From positions 1,803 through 65,802 of the forward strand of contig JAJEFG010000093.1 of the NCBI GenBank assembly GCA_022820545.1: a stretch of DNA of 64,000 bases. Direction: 5' to 3'. Both the position numbers and the translations under genes were made by a program. Of the stretch, positions 8,942 through 18,585 are shown in pieces. The first letter of the stretch is position 1, and each line of letters starts with the position of its first letter. The stretch is from Acidobacteriota bacterium (GTDB lineage Bacteria > Acidobacteriota > Vicinamibacteria > Marinacidobacterales > Marinacidobacteraceae). The notes under the pieces were generated by a model. It did not search any database and was not told where the DNA came from. It saw nothing but the letters and a program-made list of their open reading frames with translations.

Positions 8942-10291
8942 TCAGACGACCGGAGTCGAGCCGTCGCCACCCACCGGTACGGGTCGAACCTCCTCCACGT
9001 CGAGCCTGACCCCTCCGTAGGTTCCGCACCCGGCGCAACTGTCGTTCCAGTCCGCCTGCCGGGCGCCGCACGAGGAACAGCTGTACTCGGCGGACAGCGA
9101 CGGCGCGGCGGAAATCACCTCGCGAGCCCGGATCACGGCTTCGGCGAGGTCGCCGCGGCCCTCGAGGATGCGGGAGAGACGGGCGCCCAGCGCCGGAGCG
9201 GCGTTCCGCGGCAGGTTGGCGAACGTCTTGAGGGCGTCGTCCAGCATGTAGAGGCGGTCGTAGAGCTTTCCCAGGAGGTACTGGCTCTGGGCGGGGTTTT
9301 CGGCGGATCCGATCGCACGCTTCCAGACCGAAATGGCGTCCTCCGGACAGGTCCGGTCCAGGTAGTAGTCCTGAAGCGCCGAAAGCGGCGCCGTGGCCCC
9401 GGTCTGCTCGAAAGCCTTCTGCCAGGTATCGACCGCCGCCCTCTCGTTGCCGCCCGCGAGATAGGCCTCCCCAAGACGCACCCAGGCGGGCACCGCCCCC
9501 GGATCCTCCTCGAGGATGGCCCGGAAGACCCGGGCGGCCTCGGCCGGCTCGCCCTCCTCGAGAAGCTCCTTGCCGTATCCGTGACGGAGCGACAGGGTCC
9601 GCTGCTCCTCGGCGGCGCGGGCGGAGGGAGCGACGTGCGATACGAGCTGCTGCTGGACGGAAAGGGCCGCGCGGTGCTCGCCCGACTCCACCAGGATGTC
9701 GCGCAGCCGGGCAAGGGCGGCGGTGGGAGCTTCGGGGTCCTCGGAGATGGTCTTTTCGAGCAGCGCGCGCGCCTGCTCGGGCTCTCCCATCGCGTGGCGG
9801 GCCTCCGCCAGCGCGTAGGACACCTCGTGGCTTCCACGATCCTCGGCCAGCGCCTGCTCCAGCGCCTCGGCGGCCTCCTCGGGCCGGCCGAGTTGCATCA
9901 GGCACTCGGCCTTCCGGCGGAGCGTCTTGGGATCGGCGCCCGCGTACTCCTGCGCCGCCTCGAAGCTGAGGAGCGCCTGCGGCCACCGGCCGGAGGCCAT
10001 TTCGTCGAGCCCGTCGAGGTACAGCCGCTCACCTTCCTCGAGATCCAGGCGTCCGCGCCGGAGACGCCGCTCGCGAACCAGGCGCCGGACCCGGCCGGCC
10101 AGGTCGAAAGCCAGGGCAATCGCGGCCCCGAGACCCACGCCGGCGAACATGACCTTCCACAGTTCCACCCGGATGGGCAGGAAGAAGGGCAGCGTGACGG
10201 TCACGAACTGGGTGTTGGACGCAACCACCAACAGAAGGAGCCCCGCCGTCACCAGCACGGCGGCTACGAACAACAGGGTGCGAATGCCCAT
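8942..10291 (-). CDS. lapB: LapB-like TPR protein with N-terminal LapA-like membrane domain and C-terminal rubredoxin
   Basis: Two TM helices flanking NTQFVTVTL, TPR repeats, YSCSSCG...W...CAGCG. Confidence 0.75.
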   Translation of the reverse strand: MGIRTLLFVAAVLVTAGLLLLVVASNTQFVTVTLPFFLPIRVELWKVMFAGVGLGAAIALAFDLAGRVRRLVRERRLRRGRLDLEEGERLYLDGLDEMASGRWPQALLSFEAAQEYAGADPKTLRRKAECLMQLGRPEEAAEALEQALAEDRGSHEVSYALAEARHAMGEPEQARALLEKTISEDPEAPTAALARLRDILVESGEHRAALSVQQQLVSHVAPSARAAEEQRTLSLRHGYGKELLEEGEPAEAARVFRAILEEDPGAVPAWVRLGEAYLAGGNERAAVDTWQKAFEQTGATAPLSALQDYYLDRTCPEDAISVWKRAIGSAENPAQSQYLLGKLYDRLYMLDDALKTFANLPRNAAPALGARLSRILEGRGDLAEAVIRAREVISAAPSLSAEYSCSSCGARQADWNDSCAGCGTYGGVRLDVEEVRPVPVGGDGSTPVV

Positions 10292-10320
10292 CAGAGTGGC
10301 TTCCTGGGAGGACGCCGATT

Positions 10321-10725
10321 CTAAGCCGTACCCGCGGCGCCGGCGGCCTCCGTACCAGGCGGCTCCGGGTACCAGCGCCCGGCATCGCCCCAGAGCTTTT
10401 CGAGCTGATACAGCTCGCGGCTCTCCGGCGAGAACACGTGCACGACGAAGTCCACGTAGTCGGCGAGCAGCCAGCCGGCCGCCGGATACCCCTCGAGGTG
10501 AATGGGCTTGCGGCCGACCCGCTCCCGGACGCGGCGTGCGACGGCGTCCACGATGGTGGTGCGGCGCCGCTCGCTGCTGGCGGTCGCGATCACGAAGAAA
10601 TCGGTGAACCCGGCGAGACCGCGCAGGTCGAGCACCACGACGTCTTCGGCCTTTTCGAGTTGCGCCACCTCGGCGGAGAAGCGCGCGCAGGACTCGGCGG
10701 CGGTGTTGGGAGCGGAGTCGGTCAA
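10321..10725 (-). CDS. rsfS: Ribosome silencing factor
   Basis: KAEDVVVLDL...TDFFVIAT, W.L.DYVDFVVHVF..E.R..YQLEKLWGDA. Confidence 0.95.
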   Translation of the reverse strand: MTDSAPNTAAESCARFSAEVAQLEKAEDVVVLDLRGLAGFTDFFVIATASSERRRTTIVDAVARRVRERVGRKPIHLEGYPAAGWLLADYVDFVVHVFSPESRELYQLEKLWGDAGRWYPEPPGTEAAGAAGTA

Positions 10726-11387
10726 CGATAGAGACCCCTTTCGGCGATGCGGGCCGCCACCCGCGGGGGCACGAGGTGATAGACGGGCGTCTGCTGCTTC
10801 AGGAGTTCTCGAATCCGGTAGGACTGGGGGTCGGGGAGGTCAATGTCCAGGGTGAGGATACGCGGGGGGATCAGCGGTGCGGACAGATCACCGGTCACCC
10901 GGGCCCGGAACCGGCGCGGGAGCACCGTGACCGCCTCCGCGATCGCGCAGCCGGCCCGGCGATGGACCAGGACCGGATGCCGGTCCAGGAGCTGCTCGTA
11001 GCGGCTCCAGGTGTGGATTTCCAAAAACGCGTCCGAGCCGACCACGAACACCACCGCCGCTCCCCCGGCCGGCCGGTCTCGCCCCGCCGCCAAGGCGTCG
11101 AGGGTGTCGATCGTGAACGACGGACCCTCGCGCTCGAGTTCGACGGGGCTCGCGCACAGGCGTTCCCGGCCGGCAACGGCCTCTTCCACGAGCCCGAGCC
11201 TCTCCTCGGCAGAGAGACGCGGCGTCGCCCGGTGCGGAGGGATCCGCGCCGGCACCAGCCATACCGCTTCCACCCCCATCCGGTCGCGGACGGCCTCGGC
11301 GGCGCGGACGTGACCCCAGTGCGGGGGATCGAACGTCCCGCCGAAGACCGCGATCACCCCGGGCCGCCGGACCGCCCTGTCCGTCAT
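10722..11387 (-). CDS. nadD: Nicotinate-nucleotide adenylyltransferase
   Basis: FGGTFDPPHWGH, PPHR, SFTIDTL; conserved synteny with obgE and rsfS. Confidence 0.93.
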   Translation of the reverse strand: MTDRAVRRPGVIAVFGGTFDPPHWGHVRAAEAVRDRMGVEAVWLVPARIPPHRATPRLSAEERLGLVEEAVAGRERLCASPVELEREGPSFTIDTLDALAAGRDRPAGGAAVVFVVGSDAFLEIHTWSRYEQLLDRHPVLVHRRAGCAIAEAVTVLPRRFRARVTGDLSAPLIPPRILTLDIDLPDPQSYRIRELLKQQTPVYHLVPPRVAARIAERGLYR

Positions 11388-12400
11388 GGGTGGCTCCGCC
11401 CGGCGCTTCCCGCCACCCGGGCGCCGAGTTCGGCGACGAGGGCCGCGCAGCCGTCTCCGGTCGCCGCCGAGACCGCGAAGAAGGGCAGGCCGCCTGCCTC
11501 CGCGGCATCGGAAAGCGCTTCGAGACGGGCGTCGTCCGCCAGGATGTCGGTCTTGTTCCCCACCACCATGGCCGGCTTTCCCGGCAGGTTGCCGCCGTAG
11601 AGCGTCACTTCCTGCCGGAGGACCTCGAGATCGGCCACCGGGACACGCTGCGACGACTCCGAGAGGTCCACGAAATAGACCAGGAACGCGGTCCGTGACA
11701 GGTGCTTCAGGAACCGGGTCCCCAGTCCGGCGCCCTGGCTGGCCCCGGGGATGAGGCCGGGAAGGTCCGCAACCACGAATTCGGCGTCGTCGCCGAGCCG
11801 TACCAGTCCGAGGTTCGGGGTCAGCGTCGTGAATGGATAGTCCGCGATGCGGGGCTTCGCGGCGCTCACCCGGGCGATGAAGGAGGACTTGCCGGCATTC
11901 GGGAAGCCGACCAGGCCCACGTCCGCGAGGAGCCGCAGTTCGAGCCGGACGGTGCGGGCGACGCCGGACTCCCCGGGCTCGGTGCGCCGGGGCGCCTGGT
12001 TGGTCGGCGTCCGGAAGACCGCGTTCCCGCGGCCGCCGCGGCCCCCGGGCGCCACCGTGAGGGAACTCCCGTCGTCCACGAGATCTCCGAGGAGCGCGCC
12101 GGACTCCTCGTCGTAGGCCGCCGTACCCGCCGGCACCCGCAGCAGCAGGTCCTGCCCCGAGCGGCCCTGCCGGTTGTTGCCCGACCCGTGCCCGCCGGGT
12201 TCCGCGCGGTAGCTGGGCCGGAAGCGGTACGCCGCCAGCGTGTGGCGTCCCCGGTCCGCGACCAGCACGACGCTCCCCCCGCGTCCGCCGTTGCCGCCGT
12301 CGGGGCCGCCGCGGGGAACGAACTTCTCCCGGCGAAAACTGAGGGCCCCGTTGCCCCCGCGCCCGCCGGACAGCTTGAGAACGACCTCATCAACGAGCAT
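11384..12400 (-). CDS. obgE: GTPase ObgE/CgtA
   Basis: FRREKFVPRGGPDGGNGG, GFPNAGKS, DYPFTTL, DLPG, NKTD. Confidence 0.97.
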   Translation of the reverse strand: MLVDEVVLKLSGGRGGNGALSFRREKFVPRGGPDGGNGGRGGSVVLVADRGRHTLAAYRFRPSYRAEPGGHGSGNNRQGRSGQDLLLRVPAGTAAYDEESGALLGDLVDDGSSLTVAPGGRGGRGNAVFRTPTNQAPRRTEPGESGVARTVRLELRLLADVGLVGFPNAGKSSFIARVSAAKPRIADYPFTTLTPNLGLVRLGDDAEFVVADLPGLIPGASQGAGLGTRFLKHLSRTAFLVYFVDLSESSQRVPVADLEVLRQEVTLYGGNLPGKPAMVVGNKTDILADDARLEALSDAAEAGGLPFFAVSAATGDGCAALVAELGARVAGSAGRSHP

Positions 12401-12459
12401 GACGCGACCGACCGGGAATGCCGGTCGGGGTTCGGCCGCTCGAGAACCGGCCGGGGGAA

Positions 12460-12714
12460 TCAGTCCGCGGTGATCGAGATGAACCGGCCCAGCCGCCCGC
12501 GGTTCCAGAACTCAACGACCCCGCCCACCTTGGCGAAGAGGGTGTCGTCATTCCCACGACCGACGTTGACGCCCGGCTTGAAGCGGGTGCCGCGCTGGCG
12601 GACCAGGATGGTCCCGCCCGATACCCGTTCGCCGGCGAAGCGCTTGACACCGAGCCGCTTGGAGTGGCTGTCGCGCCCGTTCCTGGAACTTCCCTGACCC
12701 TTCTTGTGCGCCAC
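12460..12714 (-). CDS. rpmA: 50S ribosomal protein L27
   Basis: [22 protein letters not shown]; GGAGG SD. Confidence 0.98.
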   Translation of the reverse strand: MAHKKGQGSSRNGRDSHSKRLGVKRFAGERVSGGTILVRQRGTRFKPGVNVGRGNDDTLFAKVGGVVEFWNRGRLGRFISITAD

Positions 12715-12759
12715 GTTGACCTCCCGAGCGTTTCAGCCGCTTCTTCCCTCGTGACCGAT

Positions 12760-13116
12760 CTACTCCGCTGCGGACGCGCTGTCGGCGGCGTCCGGGGTCC
12801 CTTCGTGGATGGCCTCCACGCGGACCTGAACGCGAGACTGCCGATGTCCCTGCTTTTTCCGGTAGCCCTTCCGGCGCTTGCGCTTGAACACCAGCACCTT
12901 GGGATCGCGGTAGTGCGAGAGCACGGTCGCCGAGACCGTCGTTCCGGCCAGGTAGGGGCTCCCGATGCGGCACTCGCCGCCCTCCGGATCCCGCACCATG
13001 AGGACGCGGTCGAAGGAAACGGTGTCGCCGTCGCCGGCGTCGAGCTTCTCGAGCGCGAGGCGCTGCCCCGGCTCGGCGCGGTGCTGCTTGCCGCCGCTCT
13101 CGAAGATTGCGTACAT
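12760..13116 (-). CDS. rplU: 50S ribosomal protein L21
   Basis: MYAIFESGGKQ...KRRKGYRKKQGHRQ; start moved to ATG 13116. Confidence 0.97.
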   Translation of the reverse strand: MYAIFESGGKQHRAEPGQRLALEKLDAGDGDTVSFDRVLMVRDPEGGECRIGSPYLAGTTVSATVLSHYRDPKVLVFKRKRRKGYRKKQGHRQSRVQVRVEAIHEGTPDAADSASAAE

Positions 13117-13142
13117 GAGGTGTCTGCCCGGAGAAACGCGAG

Positions 13143-13151
13143 ATTCTAGCA
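13143..13151 (-). promoter_or_regulatory. Putative extended -10 promoter (TGCTAGAAT) for the rplU operon
   Basis: TGnTAGAAT 26 nt upstream of rplU ATG; the same motif recurs in other intergenic gaps. Confidence 0.5.
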
Positions 13152-13188
13152 ATGAAGGCCGTTCATTCCGGCTCGGATTCGTGAACCC

Positions 13189-14430
13189 TCAGGAAACCCG
13201 GATCGAGGCCAGCATGTCGGCGTTGTTCTTCGTCCGTTCCATCCGGCCGAGCAGCAGCGACATCGCCTCCATCGGCTTCAGGCCCGCGAGCGCGCGGCGC
13301 AGCAGATGGGTCTTCGGCAGTTCTTCGGGCGAAAGCAGGAGCTCTTCACGGCGGGTTCCGGACTGGTGGATGTCGATCGCGGGGAAGATCCGCGACTCCG
13401 CCAGCTTCCGGTCCAGCACCAGTTCCATGTTGCCGGTGCCCTTGAACTCCTGGAAGATGACCTCGTCCATCTGGCTTCCGGTGTCCACCAGCGCCGTCCC
13501 GAGAATCGTCAGGCTGCCGCCGTCCTCGATCTTGCGCGCTGCGCCGAAGAACTGACGGGGGAACTCGAGCGCCCGGGAATCGATGCCGCCGCTCATGGTG
13601 CGGCCCTTGCCGCGCATTTCCCGGTTCGCGGCCCGTCCGAGCCGGGTGATCGAGTCGAGCAGGATGACCACGTCCTCCTTCATCTCGACGAGCCGGCGAG
13701 CCTGCTCCAGCACGATCCGGGCGACGCGCACATGGTCCGCGCTGCCGCTGTCCGCGGTCGAGGCGACCACCTCGGCCTTCGGGACCGAACGCCGCATGTG
13801 GGTCACTTCCTCCGGACGTTCGTCGATCAGCAGGATGATCAGGTGGATGCCCGGATAGTGGTCCGAGATGGAGGCGCCGATCTGCTCGAGCAGGATCGTC
13901 TTGCCGGTCTTCGGAGCCGCGACGATCAGGCCGCGCTGACCCCTCCCGACCGGAGAGATGAGATCGACGACGCGGAGCGACAGCGGGGCCGGTTCGGTGC
14001 GCGCGAGCTCGATCCGGGGGGCCGGATGCTCGCTGATCAGGTCGGCGTAGTTCCGCCGCGGGGGCATCGCTTCGACCGGATAACCGTTGACTTCCAGGAC
14101 GGTGTGCAGCTCCGCGCGGGGCGGTCCGCCGCGCCGGCGGCCGCGCCGCGGCGGGCCGTGATAGCCGAGGATCATGTGCCCCTCGCGGAGCTTGTAGCGA
14201 TCGATCAGGCCGAACGGGACCCGGACATCGGTAGCCCGCGGCAGGAAGTTGTTGGCGAGGAGCCGCAGATGACCGCTGTCGCGCGGCCCGATGTCCAGCA
14301 GGCCGGTGATCTCGATGCGAGGGACTTCCGCTTCCCTGGCTTGCGGTGCGCGTTCCTTTTCGCCGGCCGGGGGAACGGTTTCCACCACCGCGACTTCCTC
14401 GTTGACGGCGGCGACAGGCGCGTCGGGCAT
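13189..14430 (-). CDS. rho: Transcription termination factor Rho (no recognisable N-terminal helical Rho_N domain)
   Basis: GRGQRGLIVAAPKTGKT, LIDERPEEVT, LDSITRL, FFGAARKIE, EFKGTGNME. Start is ATG 14430 (AGGA SD) or 14529. Confidence 0.93.
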   Translation of the reverse strand: MPDAPVAAVNEEVAVVETVPPAGEKERAPQAREAEVPRIEITGLLDIGPRDSGHLRLLANNFLPRATDVRVPFGLIDRYKLREGHMILGYHGPPRRGRRRGGPPRAELHTVLEVNGYPVEAMPPRRNYADLISEHPAPRIELARTEPAPLSLRVVDLISPVGRGQRGLIVAAPKTGKTILLEQIGASISDHYPGIHLIILLIDERPEEVTHMRRSVPKAEVVASTADSGSADHVRVARIVLEQARRLVEMKEDVVILLDSITRLGRAANREMRGKGRTMSGGIDSRALEFPRQFFGAARKIEDGGSLTILGTALVDTGSQMDEVIFQEFKGTGNMELVLDRKLAESRIFPAIDIHQSGTRREELLLSPEELPKTHLLRRALAGLKPMEAMSLLLGRMERTKNNADMLASIRVS

Positions 14431-14857
14431 GGGCGTTTCCTGAGAGTTGGGGGGCGTTCTCGCCAAGTGTGGGGGCTTTCGGTTGGCTGTTCTCTGCTTC
14501 GGCGGGGCCGTTTGGTGCAGATCCGGCATGGGCAGGTGCCCTTGATTCGATGGCTCCGGAAGGCGGACGGCGCCGGTACCGGCGAGGGTCGCCGGGCGAC
14601 TGCCTCGAGGGCGAAACCGGGCCGGCGCACCTCAAGGCGCGCAGAACCGGGCTCACCAGTCCGCGGATCGGAGTCCCCGGGGACGCCGGTCGTCAGTTGC
14701 GGAACGAAACCGCGGTGAGTTGAGACCGGGTCACAATGGGTGGGGAACGCGCCGCCCGTGGAGCTGCGTCATCCCCCAGCGAATCCGGGAAGCAAGTCTA
14801 GCACGCACGGACCCGGCCGCCCCGGGAAAACCGCGCTGTGAGTGAGGTCGGCAGCCC

Positions 14858-15202
14858 TTACCGCGCCTCGATGGAATTGACGGTCACGGTGGTCCCGTCC
14901 TCGCTGAGCACCCCGGTGACGGTGACGTCCTGCCCCGCGAACTCCGTGACCTTCGCCTGATCGTCCACCGCGTACACGGCGTCGTCCGCCTCCACGAAGA
15001 GCGCGAGCGCCGCCCCCATCTCGACGCAGGCGATGGCGCATTCCGGATCGGTCATCCCGTCCATCATGTGCTCCTTGGCGCACATGTCGTCGGTGACGTG
15101 CGCCGCCCAGGTCTGCTCCTCCTGGGCCACGGCGAGGGCGGCGGCGCCCGCCAGCAGCAGAACCAGGGAAAGAACGATGGTTACGTTTCGAACGGGACGC
15201 AT
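14858..15202 (-). CDS. Exported small protein with Cys/His/Met cluster, OB-fold-like
   Basis: CAGGAGG SD; signal peptide; HVTDDMCAKEHMM...ECAIACVEMG...FAGQDVTVTG. Confidence 0.75.
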   Translation of the reverse strand: MRPVRNVTIVLSLVLLLAGAAALAVAQEEQTWAAHVTDDMCAKEHMMDGMTDPECAIACVEMGAALALFVEADDAVYAVDDQAKVTEFAGQDVTVTGVLSEDGTTVTVNSIEAR

Positions 15203-15312
15203 GACGACCTCCTGCCAGCCATCCGGGCGGCTATCGGTCGGCATTGTGGCGCATCCGGGCCGGCCGGGCGAACCCAAACGATGGTTGCCGGCCAGTATGC
15301 TCCCCGCCGTCC

Positions 15313-16677
15313 ATGGGGAAAGCGCCAACCAAGCCGGTCAGCGGGATGAGAGACCACCTTCCCGCCGCCGCCCTGACCCGCCGGGAAGCGTTCCGCCGCG
15401 TCGAGACCGCTTTCGCCACGCACGGCTTCGTACCCATCGAGACGCCGGCGATGGAGCGGCTTTCGACGCTGCTCGGGAAGTACGGCGAGGAGGGTGACCA
15501 GCTCATCTACCGGGTGCTTCACCGGGGCGAGCGGTTGGCCCGGGCTCTGGGCCGGCAGCCGGTCGAGCCGGGCGACCTATCCGAACTCGGCCTGCGTTAC
15601 GACCTGACCGTCCCGCTCGCCCGGGTCACCGCCGAGTACCGCGCCCAACTGCCCCCGGTGTTCCGGCGCTACCAGATCCAGTCGGTCTGGCGCGCCGACC
15701 GGGCCCAGCGCGGGCGTTTCCGGGAGTTCACGCAGTGCGACGCCGACATCGTGGGGAGCAGTTCCCTGGTCGCCGATGCCGAGACACTCGTGGTGCTGCA
15801 CGCCGCGCTGGTGGCTCTCGGTTTCTCGGACTTCACCATCCTGCTGAACCACCGGGAGTTGCTGCGGGCGCTGATCGCGGCGAGCGGAATCTCCGCTCCA
15901 TCCGAGCAGGAGACGCTCGTGGTGCTCGACAAGATGGGCAAGATCGGCCGGGAGGCCGTGGCGAGCGAGCTCGGCGGCCTCGCCGAGGTGGGGACGGACC
16001 GGGCCCGGCGGCTCCTCGAGCTGGTGCCGGGCGATGCCGAGGACCGGGAGGGTGACCTGGACCGGCTCCGCCGTCTCGGGCAGGCGCTCCCCGAGGGGCC
16101 CGGAAGAAGTGCCGCGTCGGACCTCATCGAGTTGTTCGGTGCGCTCGACGGCGCGCTGGGAGGAGCCGCTCCGGTCCGTTTCTCTCCGAGCCTGGCGCGC
16201 GGGCTGAGCTACTACACGGGACCCATCTTCGAGGTGGTCGCGGCGGGAGGCGCCGGATCGCTCGCCGGGGGCGGCCGCTACGACGGTCTCGTCGGGATGT
16301 TCAGCGGGAGGGCGACCCCGGCGGTGGGGTTCTCGCTGGGCATGGAACGCATCCTGATGCTGCTGGAAGAAGGTGGCGCGTTCTCGGCCGAGGGGGCGGC
16401 GCCGCAGGCCATGCTCTGTCCGCTGCCGGGCATCGACACGGGCGACACGCTCCGGGTGGCCGGCGCCCTGCGTGCCGCCGGAGTGCGGCTCGACGTCCAG
16501 GTGGACGCCCTGAAGCTCGGAAAGCAGCTCGGGCGCGCGGCCGCAGCCGGCGTTCGGTACGCGCTGATCCTCGGCCCCGATGAACTCGAGGCCGGGGAGT
16601 GCACCGTGCGCGACCTGGAGTCCGGCGAGCAGCGCACCGTCCCGCTCGACGAGGTTCCGAGGGCCCTCGAAGCCTGA
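15313..16677 (+). CDS. hisS: Histidine--tRNA ligase
   Basis: GMRD, LRYDLTVP, RGRFREFTQCDADI, LARGLSYYTG, GGGRYDGL. Confidence 0.97.
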   Translation: MGKAPTKPVSGMRDHLPAAALTRREAFRRVETAFATHGFVPIETPAMERLSTLLGKYGEEGDQLIYRVLHRGERLARALGRQPVEPGDLSELGLRYDLTVPLARVTAEYRAQLPPVFRRYQIQSVWRADRAQRGRFREFTQCDADIVGSSSLVADAETLVVLHAALVALGFSDFTILLNHRELLRALIAASGISAPSEQETLVVLDKMGKIGREAVASELGGLAEVGTDRARRLLELVPGDAEDREGDLDRLRRLGQALPEGPGRSAASDLIELFGALDGALGGAAPVRFSPSLARGLSYYTGPIFEVVAAGGAGSLAGGGRYDGLVGMFSGRATPAVGFSLGMERILMLLEEGGAFSAEGAAPQAMLCPLPGIDTGDTLRVAGALRAAGVRLDVQVDALKLGKQLGRAAAAGVRYALILGPDELEAGECTVRDLESGEQRTVPLDEVPRALEA

Positions 16678-16686
16678 CGCCGCCGA

Positions 16687-16983
16687 TCAATCCACCGGCG
16701 TCAACAACACGCGGCTGCGATCCCGGATCCGGGGATTCAGGGCATCCGCCCTGCCCTGCTTCGGGTCCGGAAGCCGCTCCGTCCGGAAGCGCCTGCCCGC
16801 CGCGAAGTACTCCGGCTGCCGCATGGGCGGAAGCGGCCGCGACGGATCGCGGACGTAGATTCCGCTCTCGATCTCGCGCATGGCACCGACGAACAGGATT
16901 TCCCGCCACTTCCGCCGGGGAACGCTGAAGGCTCCGCGGTCTCCCACCGGTCTGAGGTCGTGGAAGGGGCCGGGATCAGACAT
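16687..16983 (-). CDS. Hypothetical protein
   Basis: 98-aa ORF filling the hisS-trmJ gap; no recognised motif. Confidence 0.45.
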   Translation of the reverse strand: MSDPGPFHDLRPVGDRGAFSVPRRKWREILFVGAMREIESGIYVRDPSRPLPPMRQPEYFAAGRRFRTERLPDPKQGRADALNPRIRDRSRVLLTPVD

Positions 16984-17023
16984 TTGGACGCGAATAGTGG
17001 CCTTCTAGGATAGGCAGGCGCTC

Positions 17024-17752
17024 ATGCCTCAGGTCCACCTCGTCCTCGTGCGGCCACGGCGTGCGGAGAACATCGGGGCCGTGGCCCGGGTGATCGGCAA
17101 CACGGGGCTTGCCGGCCTCCGCCTCGTCGAGCCGGGAGACTGGCGCACCGTCGAAGCGTTCCGCATGGCCTGGCAGGCCGAAGTAGTGCTCGAGCAGGCG
17201 GCCGTGTTCCCCACGCTGGCCGAGGCGGTCGGCGGTTGCCGGCTGGTGGCCGGACTGAGCGGCCGGGGGCGGGAAGCGATCCGCCACCTGACTCCGCGGG
17301 AACTCGGCGGCGAAGTCGCGGCGATCGAGGCGGACGGCGAGGTCGCGGTGGTCTTCGGCAACGAGTCGAGCGGGTTGACGCTGGAGGAGCGGTCGCTCTG
17401 TCAGCGCCAGGTGCGGATTCCGACCTCGCCCCGGCAGCCCTCCCTGAACCTCGCCCAGGCGGCGATGATCGCCGCCTACGAGATCTTTCTGGCGAGCGGT
17501 CCCCCTCCCGAGGAACCCCTCCGGCGAACCACCGCGGAACAGGCCGAGCGCGCGCTCCTCACCCTGCGCGACGCCATGCTCGCGGTTGGGTTCCTGCCGC
17601 CGGAGAAACCGGAAGCGCGCTTCGCCGAATGGCGCGAGCTCTTCGGGCGCGCCGGCCTCACCGAGCGCGAAACCCGGATGATGATGGCGTTCACCCGGCG
17701 GGTGAAGGACGCCGGAACCCGGGCGGGAAAGCCGCCGGCCCGAAGCGGCTAG
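17024..17752 (+). CDS. trmJ: SPOUT tRNA methyltransferase TrmJ family
   Basis: ENIGAVAR, VFGNESSGLT, SLNLAQA. Confidence 0.88.
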   Translation: MPQVHLVLVRPRRAENIGAVARVIGNTGLAGLRLVEPGDWRTVEAFRMAWQAEVVLEQAAVFPTLAEAVGGCRLVAGLSGRGREAIRHLTPRELGGEVAAIEADGEVAVVFGNESSGLTLEERSLCQRQVRIPTSPRQPSLNLAQAAMIAAYEIFLASGPPPEEPLRRTTAEQAERALLTLRDAMLAVGFLPPEKPEARFAEWRELFGRAGLTERETRMMMAFTRRVKDAGTRAGKPPARSG

Positions 17753-17785
17753 CGTTCAGGCGCGACCACTCGCCGCGCCCCGTCC

Positions 17786-18454
17786 TCAGAGACTCCCGCG
17801 GAAGAGGCGGATCACCCGGTCCCAGGCGTCCGCTGCCGCGTCGGCGTCATACACCTCGGGACGGCCGTCGTTGAAGAACGCGTGATCGGTTCCCGGATAG
17901 GTGTGGAACTCGTGAGCGACGCCGGCGCCGGTGAGCGACGCGTCCAGGTTGGCGACCGCCTCGGCGTTCACGAAGCCGTCGTTCTCGGCGAAGAGCCCCA
18001 GCACCGGACAGCGGATCGCCGCGTAGTCCGGGTGAACGTTCGGGTGGACGCCGTAGAAGTCGACGCAGGCGCCGATGCGCGGCGACTTGCTGGCGGCATA
18101 GAGCGCGAGCTGGCCGCCCATGCAGAAACCCACCACCCCGACGGAGTCGCCGGAAGCGACGGTCGCCAGGTGGTCCGCGGCGCCGCGCAGATCCTGCTCG
18201 GCGCGGTCCACCTCGAGCGCCATGAACAGCTTGCCGGCCTCGTCCGGCGAGGTGGTCGCCTCGCCGTGGAACAGATCGGGAGCGAGCGCCGTGAATCCGG
18301 CCTCCGCGAAGCGGTCTGCAACCTCCCTGATGTGGCCCACCAGACCCCACCATTCCTGGATCACCAGAACCCCGGGCCCCGGCCGATCCGGCACCGCGAG
18401 GTAGCCGTCCGCGGAACCGCCGTTCGCGGCAAAGGAAACCATTTCGCTGCGCAT
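17786..18454 (-). CDS. Dienelactone hydrolase family protein
   Basis: QEWWGL, GFCMGG nucleophile elbow, HAFFN. Confidence 0.93.
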   Translation of the reverse strand: MRSEMVSFAANGGSADGYLAVPDRPGPGVLVIQEWWGLVGHIREVADRFAEAGFTALAPDLFHGEATTSPDEAGKLFMALEVDRAEQDLRGAADHLATVASGDSVGVVGFCMGGQLALYAASKSPRIGACVDFYGVHPNVHPDYAAIRCPVLGLFAENDGFVNAEAVANLDASLTGAGVAHEFHTYPGTDHAFFNDGRPEVYDADAAADAWDRVIRLFRGSL

Positions 18455-18585
18455 CGTGATCCTCCTCCGGGGGGCCGCGATGCTACCAGCGCGGGCTCTT
18501 CCGGCCGCGAAAATCCTTCCGGAATGCGCGTTTCGTTTGTTATCGTCGTTCGGCTACCGCGCCAGGAGCGAAAGGAAGGACGCCG

